NCBI GenBank assembly: GCA_965235115.1
Contig: OZ249445.1
Location: 5,580,001 to 5,644,000, forward strand
Direction: 5' to 3'
Source of the DNA: Laetmonice hystrix
Taxonomy: Eukaryota
Length of the DNA: 64,000 bases
The notes beneath the pieces were generated by a model. That model saw only the letters and a program-made list of their open reading frames with translations. It made no database searches and was not told the DNA's origin. Made by a program: the position numbers and the translations under genes. This document shows positions 62,508 to 64,000 of this stretch, piece after piece. The stretch's first letter is position 1, and every line of letters begins with the position of its first letter.

Positions 62508-63732
62508 ATGGGCGACAATAACAGTGGGAAAACCTCGACGGCGAGAGAAACTATGGAGGGTGAGTAAAGTCAAGCTCAGTTTGAGTGTATATTTGCGGTC
62601 CTGTTAGTAAATACCTTCTTATATGTATGGTGTTAATTTCAAGGTCCTACATTTAAAGCTAGTTTCACAAATCGCCACTGACTACTCGTGATGAGGAATG
62701 GCTGGGCGATAATACAGTGTTTTACGGGCGGGCCACTGTCACTGGGTGTCAAGAAGAATACTAGTGCCGTAGTGGGTTCCCTACTACATCATTAAAAGGA
62801 AGTAATGAGTTTGATTTGGGAAGTAGTGTTACAGGTAACAAGGTGCTGAAATGCTGGATGTCTGCCCACGGCTATGTTTGTGTCGGGCTGTTGGCATCCA
62901 AGAACACATATTTAGTAAAAAATGCTAGTAATAATGGTTGCATAGTGATGGGATTGTTCTTAATTAATAAATCTTTCAGGGGGCAGAACCATGTAAAGTG
63001 AATGGTACATACTGACTGGGACAATGGTTCATTCTGACCTGGACAGTGGTTCATTCCGACGTACATTTTGACAGCGGTACACTCTGACCATAATTCTGAC
63101 TAATTACTGTACGGTATCCCAACAAACTGCTTAAGTTGGGGTTAAGCCTAGGGTCAGTTTTAACTTTTATTTAAGTATCAAATTGGGTGTTAATTGGATA
63201 GTAGCATTATCCAATAGGATTGAAATTTAATGGTCACATGAACCTGCCAAATGTTCACTAAACATACACTACCGGTACCTTATCATTCAGCCTTGGTCGA
63301 GATCTCCAAGTTATTGAACACTGGCCTGGATGCTGAGACACTGGCGGTATGTGTGCGGCTTTGTGAGAATGGTGTCAACCCTGAGGCATTGGCCCTAGTA
63401 ATTCAGGAACTGAGGCGGGAAACTGCTGCCTTGCAGGTAAACGGTTTGACAGCAAACAATGCTGTGGATACTCAAGCTACTGTACAGCTCTGCCTAGTTT
63501 CCATTTTCTTCATCCTTTGATTCTTAACGGTGGCATTCAATCATTTGAAACATGATTTAATGAGGTCTGAATGCATTTTTTTTTTTTGACAATTAAAAAA
63601 TCCAGTAAATGTTGAGAGAAGTACGATCTACACATTGAACTGATGCATGGTACTACCCTTAAGACATTTTTAACTAACAAATTTTCTCTCTTTGATTTGC
63701 AGGCTGTGGAGAATGAAGATGAGAAGGCATGA
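62508..63732 (+). CDS. MZT1: Mitotic-spindle organizing protein 1 (MOZART1), 3 exons, 75 aa
   Basis: Exons 62508..62559, 63291..63436, 63703..63732 (GT-AG, phases 1/0). Product [75 protein letters not shown] matches the MOZART1 family signature. Confidence 0.95.
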
Positions 63733-64000
63733 TTGGACATTGACAAAATAATCTTTGGACTTCCATGAACATTGAACTTTTACCTCCTCTTATAAATGTT
63801 TGATGCCAGCTTTGAATTCCCAGGAGAAAACGAAGTTGCCTATTGTCTCATACAAAAATTCATACCATTGTGTCCTGGAGGTTTTGGGCAGTGTATGCTA
63901 CCTGCTGTACTTAGTGAAGTGTATAAAGTAGTTATGGAGAAAAAACCCTGAATACATGATGTGGGAGTGATGTGCGTGTTGATCGATGGAGGACTGATAC

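Overview
Eukaryotic, intron-containing, repeat-rich genomic DNA, most likely from an invertebrate bilaterian; it comes from a gapped assembly (136 N at 53288-53423). No prokaryotic features, CRISPR arrays, tRNAs or rRNAs were found. Five spliced protein-coding genes can be reconstructed by hand with GT-AG introns and consistent phases: ISOC2 (-, 4 exons, 201 aa) head-to-head with H6PD (+, 3 coding exons, 813 aa) at the left; BORA (-, 10 coding exons, 787 aa) head-to-head with MZT1 (+, 3 exons, 75 aa) at the right; and, in the repeat-filled middle, a two-coding-exon 98-aa secreted precursor that the ORF track splits in two (signal peptide, LPPDFFRN-G-R, KR site, 4-Cys C-terminal domain). This looks like an amidated neuropeptide precursor that I cannot assign to a named family. 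Other highlights: a tandemly multiplied beta-TrCP-type degron (D[A/T]GYNT x4) in BORA; a 135-bp exact inverted copy of H6PD coding sequence inside a 16-bp minisatellite; a minimal Penelope-type hammerhead ribozyme in an H6PD intron; several non-autonomous DNA transposons with 3-, 5- and 6-bp target duplications; and several minisatellites. All family assignments come from motif recognition and memory, not database searches.
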